DNA of 64,000 nt, taken from Spirochaetia bacterium (GTDB lineage: Bacteria > Spirochaetota > Spirochaetia > SZUA-6 > Bin103). Position 1 is the stretch's first letter; each line of letters starts with the position of its first letter. The DNA lies in the NCBI GenBank assembly GCA_965203905.1, contig CBDBDQ010000005.1, forward strand, positions 2,912,001-2,976,000. Direction: 5' to 3'. The notes under the pieces are model-generated. The model saw nothing but the letters and a program-made list of their open reading frames with translations. It did no database searches and was not told the origin of the DNA. Shown one piece after another: positions 49,066 to 58,142 of the stretch. The position numbers and the translations under genes are program-made.

Positions 49066-50406
49066 ATGACCCGAACCTGGACCATTCGTGCCGTACTGCT
49101 GTGCGGCGCCCTGCTGCTGGCGGCGCCGCTGCTGGTGAGCGCCGCACCGGCCGACGAGGCGCCGGAGGCGGCCAGCGGCGACATGCCCTACGCCGGCCAG
49201 TCGATCCGGGTGCTGCACGACAAGCGGCCCAACACCGCCAACCTGCTGGACCTGCTGCCGGAATTCGAAGAAGCCACCGGCATCTCGGTAACGGTCGACA
49301 TCATGCCGGAGAGCGAGGTGTTCGCCAAAGAACAGGTGGAGCTGAGCCAGCAGGTCGGCACCTACGACGTGATGCAGTACATCTGGCTGTTCCAGCCCGG
49401 TTGGGAACGGGCCGGCTGGATGATCGACCTGAACCCCTACATCGCGGACGCCGGCAAGAACTTCCCCGGCTGGGCGCGCGCCGACTTCGACGACTCGGTG
49501 CTCGGCATCCTGTCGGTGAACGACAAGCAGCTCGGCATCCCCTTCATCAGCTTCACCAACGGCTTGTTGTACAACGACATCATCTTCAAGAAATACGACG
49601 TGGAAGTGCCCACCACGCTGGAGGAGTTCGAAGCCGTGGCGGCCATGCTGACGCGCGAGGATCCCGAGCTGGGCCAGATCTACGGCTACATGGCGCGCGG
49701 TGGGCGGCGCGGCACCGAGGACACCAACTCCTGGATCCAGGTGCTCAACCTGTTCGGCGGCAAGTTCTTCGACGACGACTGGAACTGCGCCCTGAACGCG
49801 CCGGAGGCGGTGGCGTCGCTGGAGTGGTACGTGCGCATGGTCGAGAACTACGCACCGCCGGGGGCCAAGCGCGCCGGCTGGACCGAGGTGGTGACCGAGT
49901 TCACCCAGGGCCGGGTGGCCATGATCATGGAAGGCTTCGTGGTGTGGGAGCAGTACAACGACCCCGAGCAGTCCAAGATCGCCGGCCACGTCGGCTTGGC
50001 GCAGTTGCCCGACAGTCCCGAGCACGGACTGGCGGTCGGCGGCGCCTGGGGACTCGGCATCCCCAACACGGCCAAGAACAAGGACGCCGCATGGCAGTAC
50101 ATCCAGTGGCTCACCAGCACGCCGGTGGCCAGCCGACTGTTCCTGGCCACCACCCGCGAGGCCAACCTGGCGGTCTACAGCGTGTCCCCGAACGCGCCCG
50201 GCGCCCCGCCCATGAACGACGTGGTCGGCAAGATCTTCGCCGACACCGACCCCGCGGGGTATCCGCCGATCACCAACTGGAACGAGGTCTCCGACAAGAT
50301 CGGCCTGATGTTCTCCAACGCCCTTTCGGGCGAGATGGGCGCGCAGCAGGCGGCCGACGAGGCGTGCGAGGCGATCGATCCGCTCATGGAGAGGGCAGGC
50401 TACTGA
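49066..50406 (+). CDS. Sugar ABC substrate-binding protein
   Basis: Signal peptide, FEEATGISV, GGAWGLGIP..AKNKDAAWQYIQW. Confidence 0.92.
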   Translation: MTRTWTIRAVLLCGALLLAAPLLVSAAPADEAPEAASGDMPYAGQSIRVLHDKRPNTANLLDLLPEFEEATGISVTVDIMPESEVFAKEQVELSQQVGTYDVMQYIWLFQPGWERAGWMIDLNPYIADAGKNFPGWARADFDDSVLGILSVNDKQLGIPFISFTNGLLYNDIIFKKYDVEVPTTLEEFEAVAAMLTREDPELGQIYGYMARGGRRGTEDTNSWIQVLNLFGGKFFDDDWNCALNAPEAVASLEWYVRMVENYAPPGAKRAGWTEVVTEFTQGRVAMIMEGFVVWEQYNDPEQSKIAGHVGLAQLPDSPEHGLAVGGAWGLGIPNTAKNKDAAWQYIQWLTSTPVASRLFLATTREANLAVYSVSPNAPGAPPMNDVVGKIFADTDPAGYPPITNWNEVSDKIGLMFSNALSGEMGAQQAADEACEAIDPLMERAGY

Positions 50407-50448
50407 CCCGCCCCGACCGGCTGAGCTACAAAACCTGAGCGCGCGTCA

Positions 50449-51390
50449 ATGCCACGCGCGTCCGGCACCGGCGCCTCCGCCCCGGCGGGGGGCGCCGGTC
50501 GCCGCCGGCGGCTGTCCCGGGCCTGGATCCCCTGGCTGCTGCTGGCCCCGACCCTCGTCGTCCTGGTTCCCTTTCCCATCTACCTGCTGGCGACCATCGT
50601 CCGCAACTCGCTGTTCGACTGGACCCTCACCATGCCGTGGCTGGGCCAGTTGTTCGTGGGGCTGGGCAACTTCAGAACCATCCTCGGTGACGCCGCCTCG
50701 CTGCAGAGCATACTGACGGCGCTGGTCTTCACCCTCGGCACCCTGGCCGCCGAGCTCACGCTGGGCATCGGCGTGGGACACCTGCTGATCCGCGAGACCC
50801 GGCTGATGTCGACCCTGCGCGGCTTCATCCTGCTGCCGCTGGTGATCACCCCGGTGGTGGTGGGCCTGTTGTGGCGGATGATGTACCAGGGGGACCTCGG
50901 CATCATCACCTATCTTCTGGGTGTCCTCGGGTTTCCCAAGATGACCATCCTCGCCCACCTGCAACTGGCGTTGCCGGCGGTGATCGTGGTTTCCATCTGG
51001 CAGTATGCTCCGTTCCTGATCCTGGTCACGGTGGCCGGTCTCAAGGCGCTGCCCACCGAACCGTTCGAGGCGGCGCTGATCGACGGCGCCAGCGGCTGGC
51101 AGGTGTTTCGTCTCATCACCATTCCGCTGTTGCGCCCGCTGCTCTACATCGCGTTGTTGATCCGCTTCATCGATGCATTCAAGCAGTTCGACCTGATCTA
51201 CATCATGACCGGCGGCGGTCCCGGCATCCGTACGGAAACCATCAGCATGCACATCTTTCGCGAGGGTTTCCTGGTGTTCCACATGGGCTACGCCGCGGCG
51301 CTGACCATCGTCCTGATTTTCGTGGTCAACCTGTTCGCCATTCTCTACTTCACCACCGCCGCGCGCGGCACGAGGACCGGTGTGACGTGA
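50449..51390 (+). CDS. Carbohydrate ABC permease
   Basis: PFEAALIDGAS, MTGGGPG, GYAAA. Confidence 0.92.
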   Translation: MPRASGTGASAPAGGAGRRRRLSRAWIPWLLLAPTLVVLVPFPIYLLATIVRNSLFDWTLTMPWLGQLFVGLGNFRTILGDAASLQSILTALVFTLGTLAAELTLGIGVGHLLIRETRLMSTLRGFILLPLVITPVVVGLLWRMMYQGDLGIITYLLGVLGFPKMTILAHLQLALPAVIVVSIWQYAPFLILVTVAGLKALPTEPFEAALIDGASGWQVFRLITIPLLRPLLYIALLIRFIDAFKQFDLIYIMTGGGPGIRTETISMHIFREGFLVFHMGYAAALTIVLIFVVNLFAILYFTTAARGTRTGVT

Positions 51391-52217
51391 TTCACCGCGC
51401 GTCCAGCCGCCCCGGCCAGTGGTTTCGCGGCACCGCCATCGTGCTGGTGATGGTGTTCTTCATGTTCCCGATCGTGTGGCTGTTCATGACCGCGTTCAAG
51501 ACCCCCATTGACGCGTTCTCGATACCGCCGAAGGTGTTCTTCGCACCTACCTGGGACAACTTCGTCGCCGTGTTCCGGCAGCACAACTTCTTTCTCTACT
51601 ACCGCAACACGGTGGTGATCGCGGTCGTCTCGACGCTGCTCTCCATGCTCGCCGGGACGCTGGGAGCCTACGCCCTGTCGCGCTTCGAGTTCCGCGGCAA
51701 GGGGGCGGTGGCCGGGCTCATCCTGGGCAGCCGCTTCGCGCCGCCGATCGCCATCATCCTGCCGGTGTTCGTGCTGGTGCGCGACCTGAAGCTGCTCGAT
51801 ACCTATTACCCGCTGATCGCCCTCTACACGCTGGCGAACCTGTCGTTCGTGGTGTGGCTGATGCGTTCCTTCTTCGACGACGTACCGATCGAGATCGACG
51901 AGTCGGCACGCGTGGACGGCTGCACCACCCTGGGGATTCTGTGGCGCATGGTGCTGCCGCTGGCGCGCGGCGGACTGGCGACCACCGCCATCTTCTGCAC
52001 CATCCTGTCCTGGAACGAGTTCCTGTGGGCGCTGCTGCTCACCTACGGCAACGCCACCACGCTGCCGGTCACCATGAACGCCTTCATCATGGAGAGCGGC
52101 ATCGCCTGGGGCCAGATGGCCGCCGCCTCGGCCCTGGTGACCGTGCCGCTGCTGGCGTTCGCGCTGCTCATCCAGAAACAGTTCATCCGCGGCCTCACCT
52201 TCGGCGCCGTCAAATGA
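51387..52217 (+). CDS. Carbohydrate ABC permease
   Basis: EIDESARVDGC, WNEF, GLTFGAVK; GTGA overlap. Confidence 0.92.
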   Translation: MIHRASSRPGQWFRGTAIVLVMVFFMFPIVWLFMTAFKTPIDAFSIPPKVFFAPTWDNFVAVFRQHNFFLYYRNTVVIAVVSTLLSMLAGTLGAYALSRFEFRGKGAVAGLILGSRFAPPIAIILPVFVLVRDLKLLDTYYPLIALYTLANLSFVVWLMRSFFDDVPIEIDESARVDGCTTLGILWRMVLPLARGGLATTAIFCTILSWNEFLWALLLTYGNATTLPVTMNAFIMESGIAWGQMAAASALVTVPLLAFALLIQKQFIRGLTFGAVK

Positions 52218-52345
52218 CCGGCCTGGCGGAGCCTCCGTGGAATCCGGTATTGGGAGAACGTGTTGCGGCAATTGACCAGGAACAGTAAGCTCGTGAGGCA
52301 ACGCGAACGCAGCGATACTGGCTGCAACATCTGCACAAATCGGAG

Positions 52346-52573
52346 ATGAGCGATATGACACTGACGGCGGTCTTCGTGAAGGTGCCGGAAGGATACATAG
52401 GATTCGTTGAGGAATTGCCGGGAGCCAATACGCAGGGGACAACGCTGCAAGAAGCCCGAGACAATATTCGAGAAGCAATTGCGATGACATTTGAGGCCAA
52501 TAGAATTCTAGCCCAAGAGTCTCTCAATGAAACGCAGGAAGTGATTCGAGAGCCTGTAAACATGCAGGCATGA
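52346..52573 (+). CDS. hicB: HicB-family antitoxin (short, no DNA-binding domain)
   Basis: GYIGFVEELPGANTQG.TL.EAR.N..EAI. Confidence 0.9.
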   Translation: MSDMTLTAVFVKVPEGYIGFVEELPGANTQGTTLQEARDNIREAIAMTFEANRILAQESLNETQEVIREPVNMQA

Positions 52574-52755
52574 AGAGGCGAGATCTCATTCGTCATCTCG
52601 AAGAAAACGGTTGCGAATTCTTGAGAGAAGGAAGCAACCATACCATGTACGTCAACCGGATGGCGCAGAGAGTTTCGGCGGTGCCGCGACATCGGGAACT
52701 GAACAGGTTCATCGCGCTCAAGATCTGTAGAGATCTGGAAATCCGGCCGCCGTAA
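52570..52755 (+). CDS. hicA: HicA-family mRNA interferase
   Basis: MKRRDLIRHLE..GC..LREGSNH, VPRH.E; ATGA coupling. Confidence 0.92.
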   Translation: MKRRDLIRHLEENGCEFLREGSNHTMYVNRMAQRVSAVPRHRELNRFIALKICRDLEIRPP

Positions 52756-52801
52756 GTGGCAGGCGAGTGGGGTAAGCGAGGTCGACGGATCAGCCTCCGG
52801 A

Positions 52802-53908
52802 CTAAACCGCCGGCGGTTCGACGCCCAGCGTTTCCGCGACCCGTGCGGTGCGCTCCCAGTTGGCCTCTTCGATGGCGACGGTGTCCGTGTGCTGGGCCGC
52901 GCTGCGTGCCTCCAACTCGCCCGGGTAGAGGATCTCGTCGTGGCCGTCCATCAGCCGCGCCGACTTGACATGCGGAACCAGGGCGCCGACCTCGCGTTGG
53001 TAGAACTCTTCGCCGCAGAACGCGGCCGGGTCCAGGAACAGGGCCAGGAAGCCGTTGGCCACCCGGTCGATGCCCGTGGTGCTGCAGCCGGCGCCGGTCA
53101 GGGCGCCCGCCAGCACGTCGCCGAACATGGCCAGGCAGTAGCCCTTGTGGCCGCCGAAGGGCAGCAGGGCGCCGCCGCGGTAGTCGGCCGGGTCGGTGGA
53201 GGGCTGTCCCTGGGCGTTCACCAGGTGGCCCGGTGCCAGTTGCTCGCCGCGCGCGGCGGCGACGTCGACCTTGCCGGCGGCGATGGAGGAGGTGGCGATG
53301 TCCATCATCAATGGCGCGGTCGGCGTGGCGGGGGCGGCGCCTGGTGCAGTGTCCGCGGACCCGGCGGAGGACGCGGCGTCCGTGGACGCAGAGGCGGCCG
53401 CGGGCAGCGGGGCGCCGGCTGCCAGCGGGTTGGCCCCGAGACGGCGCTCGGCGCCACCGAAGGGCGCGGTCACCAGCCCGCCGCCGTGGGTGTTGGTAAA
53501 CGAGAAGCACACCAGTCCCGCGGCCGCCGCCTGCTCCATGAACTCGCCCATGCGGCCCAGGTGTCCGGAGCGCTTGATGGTCAGCACGCAGTGGCCGTCG
53601 CGCGCCTGCTCGATCGCCCAGTCGGTCGCCAGCCGCCCCACGTACTGGCCGAAGCCGAAGTGGCCGTCCACCTGCACCACGTGCGGCCGGTCGCCGTAAC
53701 GTTCCGGCTCGCCTGCCGGCCGCGTCCAGCCGCGGTCGATCCAGTCGCAGTACTGGCTGACACGGATGAAGCCGTGCGAAGCATGGCCGCGCTGGTTGGA
53801 CAGCACCAGCGACTCGGCCACCACGTCCGCGATGTGCTCCGGTGTGCCCTTGGCCCGCAGGATGGCGGCCACGTAGCCGCGCAGGGCAGCGACGCCGCAC
53901 GCTACCAT
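52802..53908 (-). CDS. Ldh_2 family (malate/L-lactate/sulfolactate-like) dehydrogenase
   Basis: GHASHG, DGHFGFGQ, HLGRMG, GANPLA, DIATS, GGHKGY, PGE. Confidence 0.92.
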   Translation of the reverse strand: MVACGVAALRGYVAAILRAKGTPEHIADVVAESLVLSNQRGHASHGFIRVSQYCDWIDRGWTRPAGEPERYGDRPHVVQVDGHFGFGQYVGRLATDWAIEQARDGHCVLTIKRSGHLGRMGEFMEQAAAAGLVCFSFTNTHGGGLVTAPFGGAERRLGANPLAAGAPLPAAASASTDAASSAGSADTAPGAAPATPTAPLMMDIATSSIAAGKVDVAAARGEQLAPGHLVNAQGQPSTDPADYRGGALLPFGGHKGYCLAMFGDVLAGALTGAGCSTTGIDRVANGFLALFLDPAAFCGEEFYQREVGALVPHVKSARLMDGHDEILYPGELEARSAAQHTDTVAIEEANWERTARVAETLGVEPPAV

Positions 53909-53910
53909 CG

Positions 53911-54672
53911 TCAGGCGGGGCGCGCCGGTGGCGGCGCCAGGCGGTTGAACCCCATCGTGTCGCTGCCGTGGATCACCTGCAGGGTGTGATCCTCCGAGTC
54001 GTACTCCAGCACCTTGACGATGGGGATGATCGCCCGTACCGCCAGCCCGATGCGGCGCAGGTCCGAGTGGTTGGCCTCCGAGTGGTGCAGGGTGCGTTCG
54101 TTGAACAGGATGAACTCGCCCGGCTGCATCTCCAGGTCGGTGAGATCGCGCGCATCGTAGTAGCCGGCGTCGGCCATCTCGTTGAACTGCACGTCGGGGG
54201 TGGCCTCGATGTGCGGGACGATGCTGCGGTGGGAGCCGGGGATCACCTGCAGGTTGCCGTTCTGCCGGGTGGAGGGATCCACCGCGATCCAGGCGGAGAC
54301 GATCACCGGTGGCTCCAGCGGCCAGTAGTTGAAGTCCTGGTGCCAGGGGATCGCCTTGCTGCCGCGGTTCTTGACGAAGAAGTTGGTGCGCCACAGCAGC
54401 AGGTCGGGTCCGTACAGGCAGGCCATCCGCTCCACGATCTCCGGGCGGGTGGCCAGGTCGTACACGGCGCGGCTGTCCAGGTGACGGTTGTGCACGTGGT
54501 TGCCGCGCGCCGGTTCGCTGTCCAGGACCTGCTCGATGGCGGGACGCACCTCCGCCATCTCGGCGGGGGAGCACAGCGTATAGGGACCGAGATACCCGTC
54601 GCGGCGAAAGCGCGCCATCTCGGCGGCGGATAGCACAGCGGGTGCCGTAGTGGGTGCTGTCGATATTGCCAT
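53911..54672 (-). CDS. PhyH-family dioxygenase
   Basis: PWHQD, VIPGSH, LHHS.AN.S..RR. Confidence 0.92.
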   Translation of the reverse strand: MAISTAPTTAPAVLSAAEMARFRRDGYLGPYTLCSPAEMAEVRPAIEQVLDSEPARGNHVHNRHLDSRAVYDLATRPEIVERMACLYGPDLLLWRTNFFVKNRGSKAIPWHQDFNYWPLEPPVIVSAWIAVDPSTRQNGNLQVIPGSHRSIVPHIEATPDVQFNEMADAGYYDARDLTDLEMQPGEFILFNERTLHHSEANHSDLRRIGLAVRAIIPIVKVLEYDSEDHTLQVIHGSDTMGFNRLAPPPARPA

Positions 54673-54696
54673 TACCGCTCCTTGCTCGCCCTGGCG

Positions 54697-55551
54697 TTAC
54701 CGCTCGGCCTCGATCCAGTCCGATCCCTGGGCCTGCAGCCGGTCGCGGAGGTCCGCTTCGAGCCGTTGCACCACCGCGGCGGAATTGGTGGCGGCCGCGC
54801 CACGGTCGGCGATCAGGTTGTGGCCGGTAACGGCAGCCGATTCGTCCGAGGCGAGGAACAGCAGCACCTCGGCGACCTGCTCGGGCAGGGCCGGGCTGCC
54901 GAGCGGATAGAGGTGCTGCTGGCGCCGCACTTCGGCCGGGTTGTGCTCCAGCATGGCGAGCTTCTTCTCCGTGAGCATGCGTGCCGGGCAGACCACGTTG
55001 GCGCGGATCCCTTGCGGGCCGTAGGCCGCTGCCAGGTGCTGGGTGAAGCTGATCATCCCCGCCTTGGCCGGGCCGTACGAAGAGATGCCGGTGTTGCCGA
55101 ACAGCGCCGTGTTGGACGACACGTTGACGATGCTGCCGCCGCCCTGGCGGATCATCACCGGAATCACCTGTTGGCAGAACAGGAAGGGAGCGGTCAGGTG
55201 GCAGAAGATGCCCTCTTCCCAGTCCCGCAGGCGGACCTCGTCGATACGTCCTCCTGGGTTGTCGATGATGGCGTTGTTCACCAGCACGTCGATGCGCTCG
55301 TGGCGCTGCAGGGTGAACTGCACCAGATCGTTGATGTCGTCCCGGCTCATGACGTCGCACACGCGGTAGTCGATCTGGCCGCTCAGCGCCTGAGCCTGGT
55401 GCAGCACCGCCTCGGCGTGCGCAGGCGTACGTCCGCGGTCGCAGATGACCACCGTGGCGCCCTCGCGCGCGAACAGCAGCGCCGCGGCCTTGCCCAGTCC
55501 CAGGGTGGCACCGGTGATGATCGCGACCTTCCCCGCCAGTCTCCCAGCCAT
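54697..55551 (-). CDS. Short-chain dehydrogenase/reductase
   Basis: TGATLGLG, NNA, YGPAK. Confidence 0.92.
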   Translation of the reverse strand: MAGRLAGKVAIITGATLGLGKAAALLFAREGATVVICDRGRTPAHAEAVLHQAQALSGQIDYRVCDVMSRDDINDLVQFTLQRHERIDVLVNNAIIDNPGGRIDEVRLRDWEEGIFCHLTAPFLFCQQVIPVMIRQGGGSIVNVSSNTALFGNTGISSYGPAKAGMISFTQHLAAAYGPQGIRANVVCPARMLTEKKLAMLEHNPAEVRRQQHLYPLGSPALPEQVAEVLLFLASDESAAVTGHNLIADRGAAATNSAAVVQRLEADLRDRLQAQGSDWIEAER

Positions 55552-55570
55552 ACGAACTACCGGGCCGTCC

Positions 55571-55882
55571 CTACTCCTGCTCGGCCTTCTGGATGAACTT
55601 CTGCTTGGCGTAGTCGCTCACGCCCTCGGCGGCCTTGGCCGCCTGCTCCCACTCGCCCCGTTTCTCGTGGTAGTGCATCGCCTTGTAGGACTCGGGATCC
55701 TCGGCCAGCTCGCCGGTGGTGCCGATGCTCGGCGAGGCGAAGCTGTGGGTGGCGTAGTCGCGCGGCGCTGCGGCGCCGCAGGAAGGGCACTGCGAGCGCG
55801 CCACCTCGTCGCTGTTGACGTTGAGCAGCAGCTTTTCGAACACCTGCTCGCAGGCACTGCATCGATAGACATATACCGGCAT
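55571..55882 (-). CDS. FmdB-family zinc-ribbon protein with C-terminal extension
   Basis: MPVYVYRCSAC...FE...CPSCG. Confidence 0.85.
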   Translation of the reverse strand: MPVYVYRCSACEQVFEKLLLNVNSDEVARSQCPSCGAAAPRDYATHSFASPSIGTTGELAEDPESYKAMHYHEKRGEWEQAAKAAEGVSDYAKQKFIQKAEQE

Positions 55883-56091
55883 GATTCCAAACCTGTATTC
55901 GAACGTACGGCAGCCTACCACGGCCCCGCTGCGTGCGTCAGCGCACCCGCCACCGCCGAGTCATACGGTCACACGCGAGGACTATCCCGCGCTGCGCGAC
56001 AAGCCGGGCGGCAAATAGACAGTTGCTCCCGCTGCCCTCGGACCGACGCCCGACGGCCCAACCGCCCAACTCGCACCCCGGCGAGCGCCGT

Positions 56092-57681
56092 TCACGTGGC
56101 CCCGTCTGGCGGCGGCGCGTACTCCCGATGCCGGAAACGGTGGTGCGCAGCACAATGGAGCCTCAAGTTCGGTGGCTCGGCGCTGCCGCCGAGCGCGAAG
56201 GGAACGATGTGGTCAAGCTCCAGCAGGAAGCGGGACCCGCAGCGCCGCCCACTGTGCGGATCGACGTAACTGCAGCAGCCACCGTCGCGGCGCCACACCT
56301 CGCGCTTCACTGGTGCCGGGATGTAGCGGGATCGGCGCGCCCGGTGGGGCGGCTGCGCGCTGCCTCCGGACGGGCCGGATGCCTCAGGCTGCGGCCGCGA
56401 ACGGCCATCGAGCTGCGCCGCCCCTGCACGCTGCGCCGTTCCTACCCGCTTCGCTGGCGAAGGAGCGTTGCGACCGCGATCCGCCGCTGCCCGCGCGGTC
56501 GGCCTGCTCTGGTCTGCCGGCGGCGTCGGTACGGTGGCGCGGGACCCACTATCTGCCACCAACTTCGCCGCCGAAGGAGCGGTGCCGGGCGCCGCGACCG
56601 GTGGCTTGGCACTCACCGGGGTGCTGCCGTCGCAAGTCTCGCGCCCCGACGGCGGCGCGGACAGCGCTGCCACCGCCGAGGTGCCGGCGCCGCCACTCCC
56701 GCGCGCGGCTTCCTCTGCGGACAGCGCTGCCGGCGCCGGGGTGCTGCCACCGGCGCTCGTGCCCTCCGGCGGCGTCGGCACTCCGGGTTGCTCTTGCGCG
56801 CCCCGCTTCGCCGGCGAAGCCGCCCCGTCTGCCGGCCCTTGCTGCGCCGTCGGCTCCGGCGCCTGGCCCGCGCTTGCCTCCCGGCGCCCACCTCTGCGCC
56901 CGCGCGGCGGCCGCCCCGGGTCGTAGCGCTGCAGGCCGTCCTGCACCAGCCGCTCCACCAGTTGCCCCAGCGTCAGGTGCGGGTCCACGTGCGACAGCAG
57001 TGCCCGTAGCTGCTCGATCCCGCACTGACACGCAGAGTCGATCACCACCTTCAACTCCCAGCGGCCCGCGCCCAGCGCCCGCATGCGGTCGGCCGGCCAC
57101 GCCAGCTCGGGAGCCACCCCGGCCAACAACTGCTTCACCTCGCGGGTGCTCTTGCCGCTCGCCTGCGCTACCAGCTCCTGCCGCTGCGCCGCGTTCAGCG
57201 CCGGCACCGGTCGCGCTGGCGCCGCTGCCCCGGTCCCCGAAGCCCCCACCTCCGGCGCCGTCCCCGTGCCGAGCGGCAGCAGCTCCGGTGCCGCGGGTGC
57301 CGCGCCGGGGTCCACGGCGGTGGTCGCCGTGCGCTGCAGGAGATCGAAGGTGTTCTGCAACTGCGCCGCCGCGCTCAGGGTGAGCGAGCCGTCCTGCAGC
57401 CGTTCGCGTGACCCGGCGGTATCGGAGCACAGGCGCATGGCTTTGATACGGCGCCAGGCGGCGCCTTCGCTGTAGCCCAGTTCGCGTACCGCGTAGTCGA
57501 ACAGGCTGGAGAACCCGAGGCGCAGGTGCAGGTGGCGCGCGTGGATCTCACGCAGGTGATCGAGGACGGCAAGCTGCAGCGCCTGCTCGTGCAGGACGAG
57601 GGACCTGGTATGCGCCAGCAGCACCTGGTCGGGGAGCCCGGAGAGCGAGGAGGAGAAGCCGGTAGCGATCGCGGCAGCCAT
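56092..57681 (-). CDS. HNH endonuclease with helical (DUF222-like) N-domain and Ala/Pro-rich linker
   Basis: GFSSLFDYAVRELGYSEGAAWRRI; RYIPA.VKREVWRRDGGCC...C...LELDHI.PFALGG...NLRLHC.AHH. Confidence 0.88.
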   Translation of the reverse strand: MAAAIATGFSSSLSGLPDQVLLAHTRSLVLHEQALQLAVLDHLREIHARHLHLRLGFSSLFDYAVRELGYSEGAAWRRIKAMRLCSDTAGSRERLQDGSLTLSAAAQLQNTFDLLQRTATTAVDPGAAPAAPELLPLGTGTAPEVGASGTGAAAPARPVPALNAAQRQELVAQASGKSTREVKQLLAGVAPELAWPADRMRALGAGRWELKVVIDSACQCGIEQLRALLSHVDPHLTLGQLVERLVQDGLQRYDPGRPPRGRRGGRREASAGQAPEPTAQQGPADGAASPAKRGAQEQPGVPTPPEGTSAGGSTPAPAALSAEEAARGSGGAGTSAVAALSAPPSGRETCDGSTPVSAKPPVAAPGTAPSAAKLVADSGSRATVPTPPADQSRPTARAAADRGRNAPSPAKRVGTAQRAGAAQLDGRSRPQPEASGPSGGSAQPPHRARRSRYIPAPVKREVWRRDGGCCSYVDPHSGRRCGSRFLLELDHIVPFALGGSAEPPNLRLHCAAHHRFRHREYAPPPDGAT

Positions 57682-58142
57682 GGCGTAAATATAAGCATGA
57701 CTGAGAGATGCCCGGTTGCGGCGAGTCCCGGACCGGCACCTGGAAGGGCTCAGGCCGGCGCTGGCGGGGTGCTGGAGGGCCTGGAGGGCGTGGCGGGATG
57801 TTCGAAGGGTCGGAGGGGCCGGAACGTGCGTCAGGGGGCCGTCACGAGCGGCGCCAAACCCGTCAAGTGCTCAGCGCACCTTTTTGGCACTTTTTTCGCA
57901 GAATCCTGCACCGCGGCGGCGACGTGGCAGCAACGCATCGGCGGAGACCGGCGCGTTGCGTGTCGGCGGCTACCCACTCATTCCTGGACATATTGTACAG
58001 ATAACAAATCCACTCACCCGAAGGCGGCGATCCCCAGGGATGGGCTGTCGTTCGGCATGGGATGGCCCTGCACCGCCGCCCCGCCGCACACCGCCGCGGA
58101 CCGCTTCCTGAACATGGGTACAGGATGCAACGCGGCGTTGCA

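Noticed and set aside
46978-50025. 1015-aa ORF
   Set aside because: Only 46978..47859 is a real gene; the rest is off-frame or antisense shadow of other genes in high-GC DNA.
52802-55360. 852-aa ORF
   Set aside because: The real Ldh_2 starts at 53908; the upstream part is an alternate frame over phyH and the SDR.
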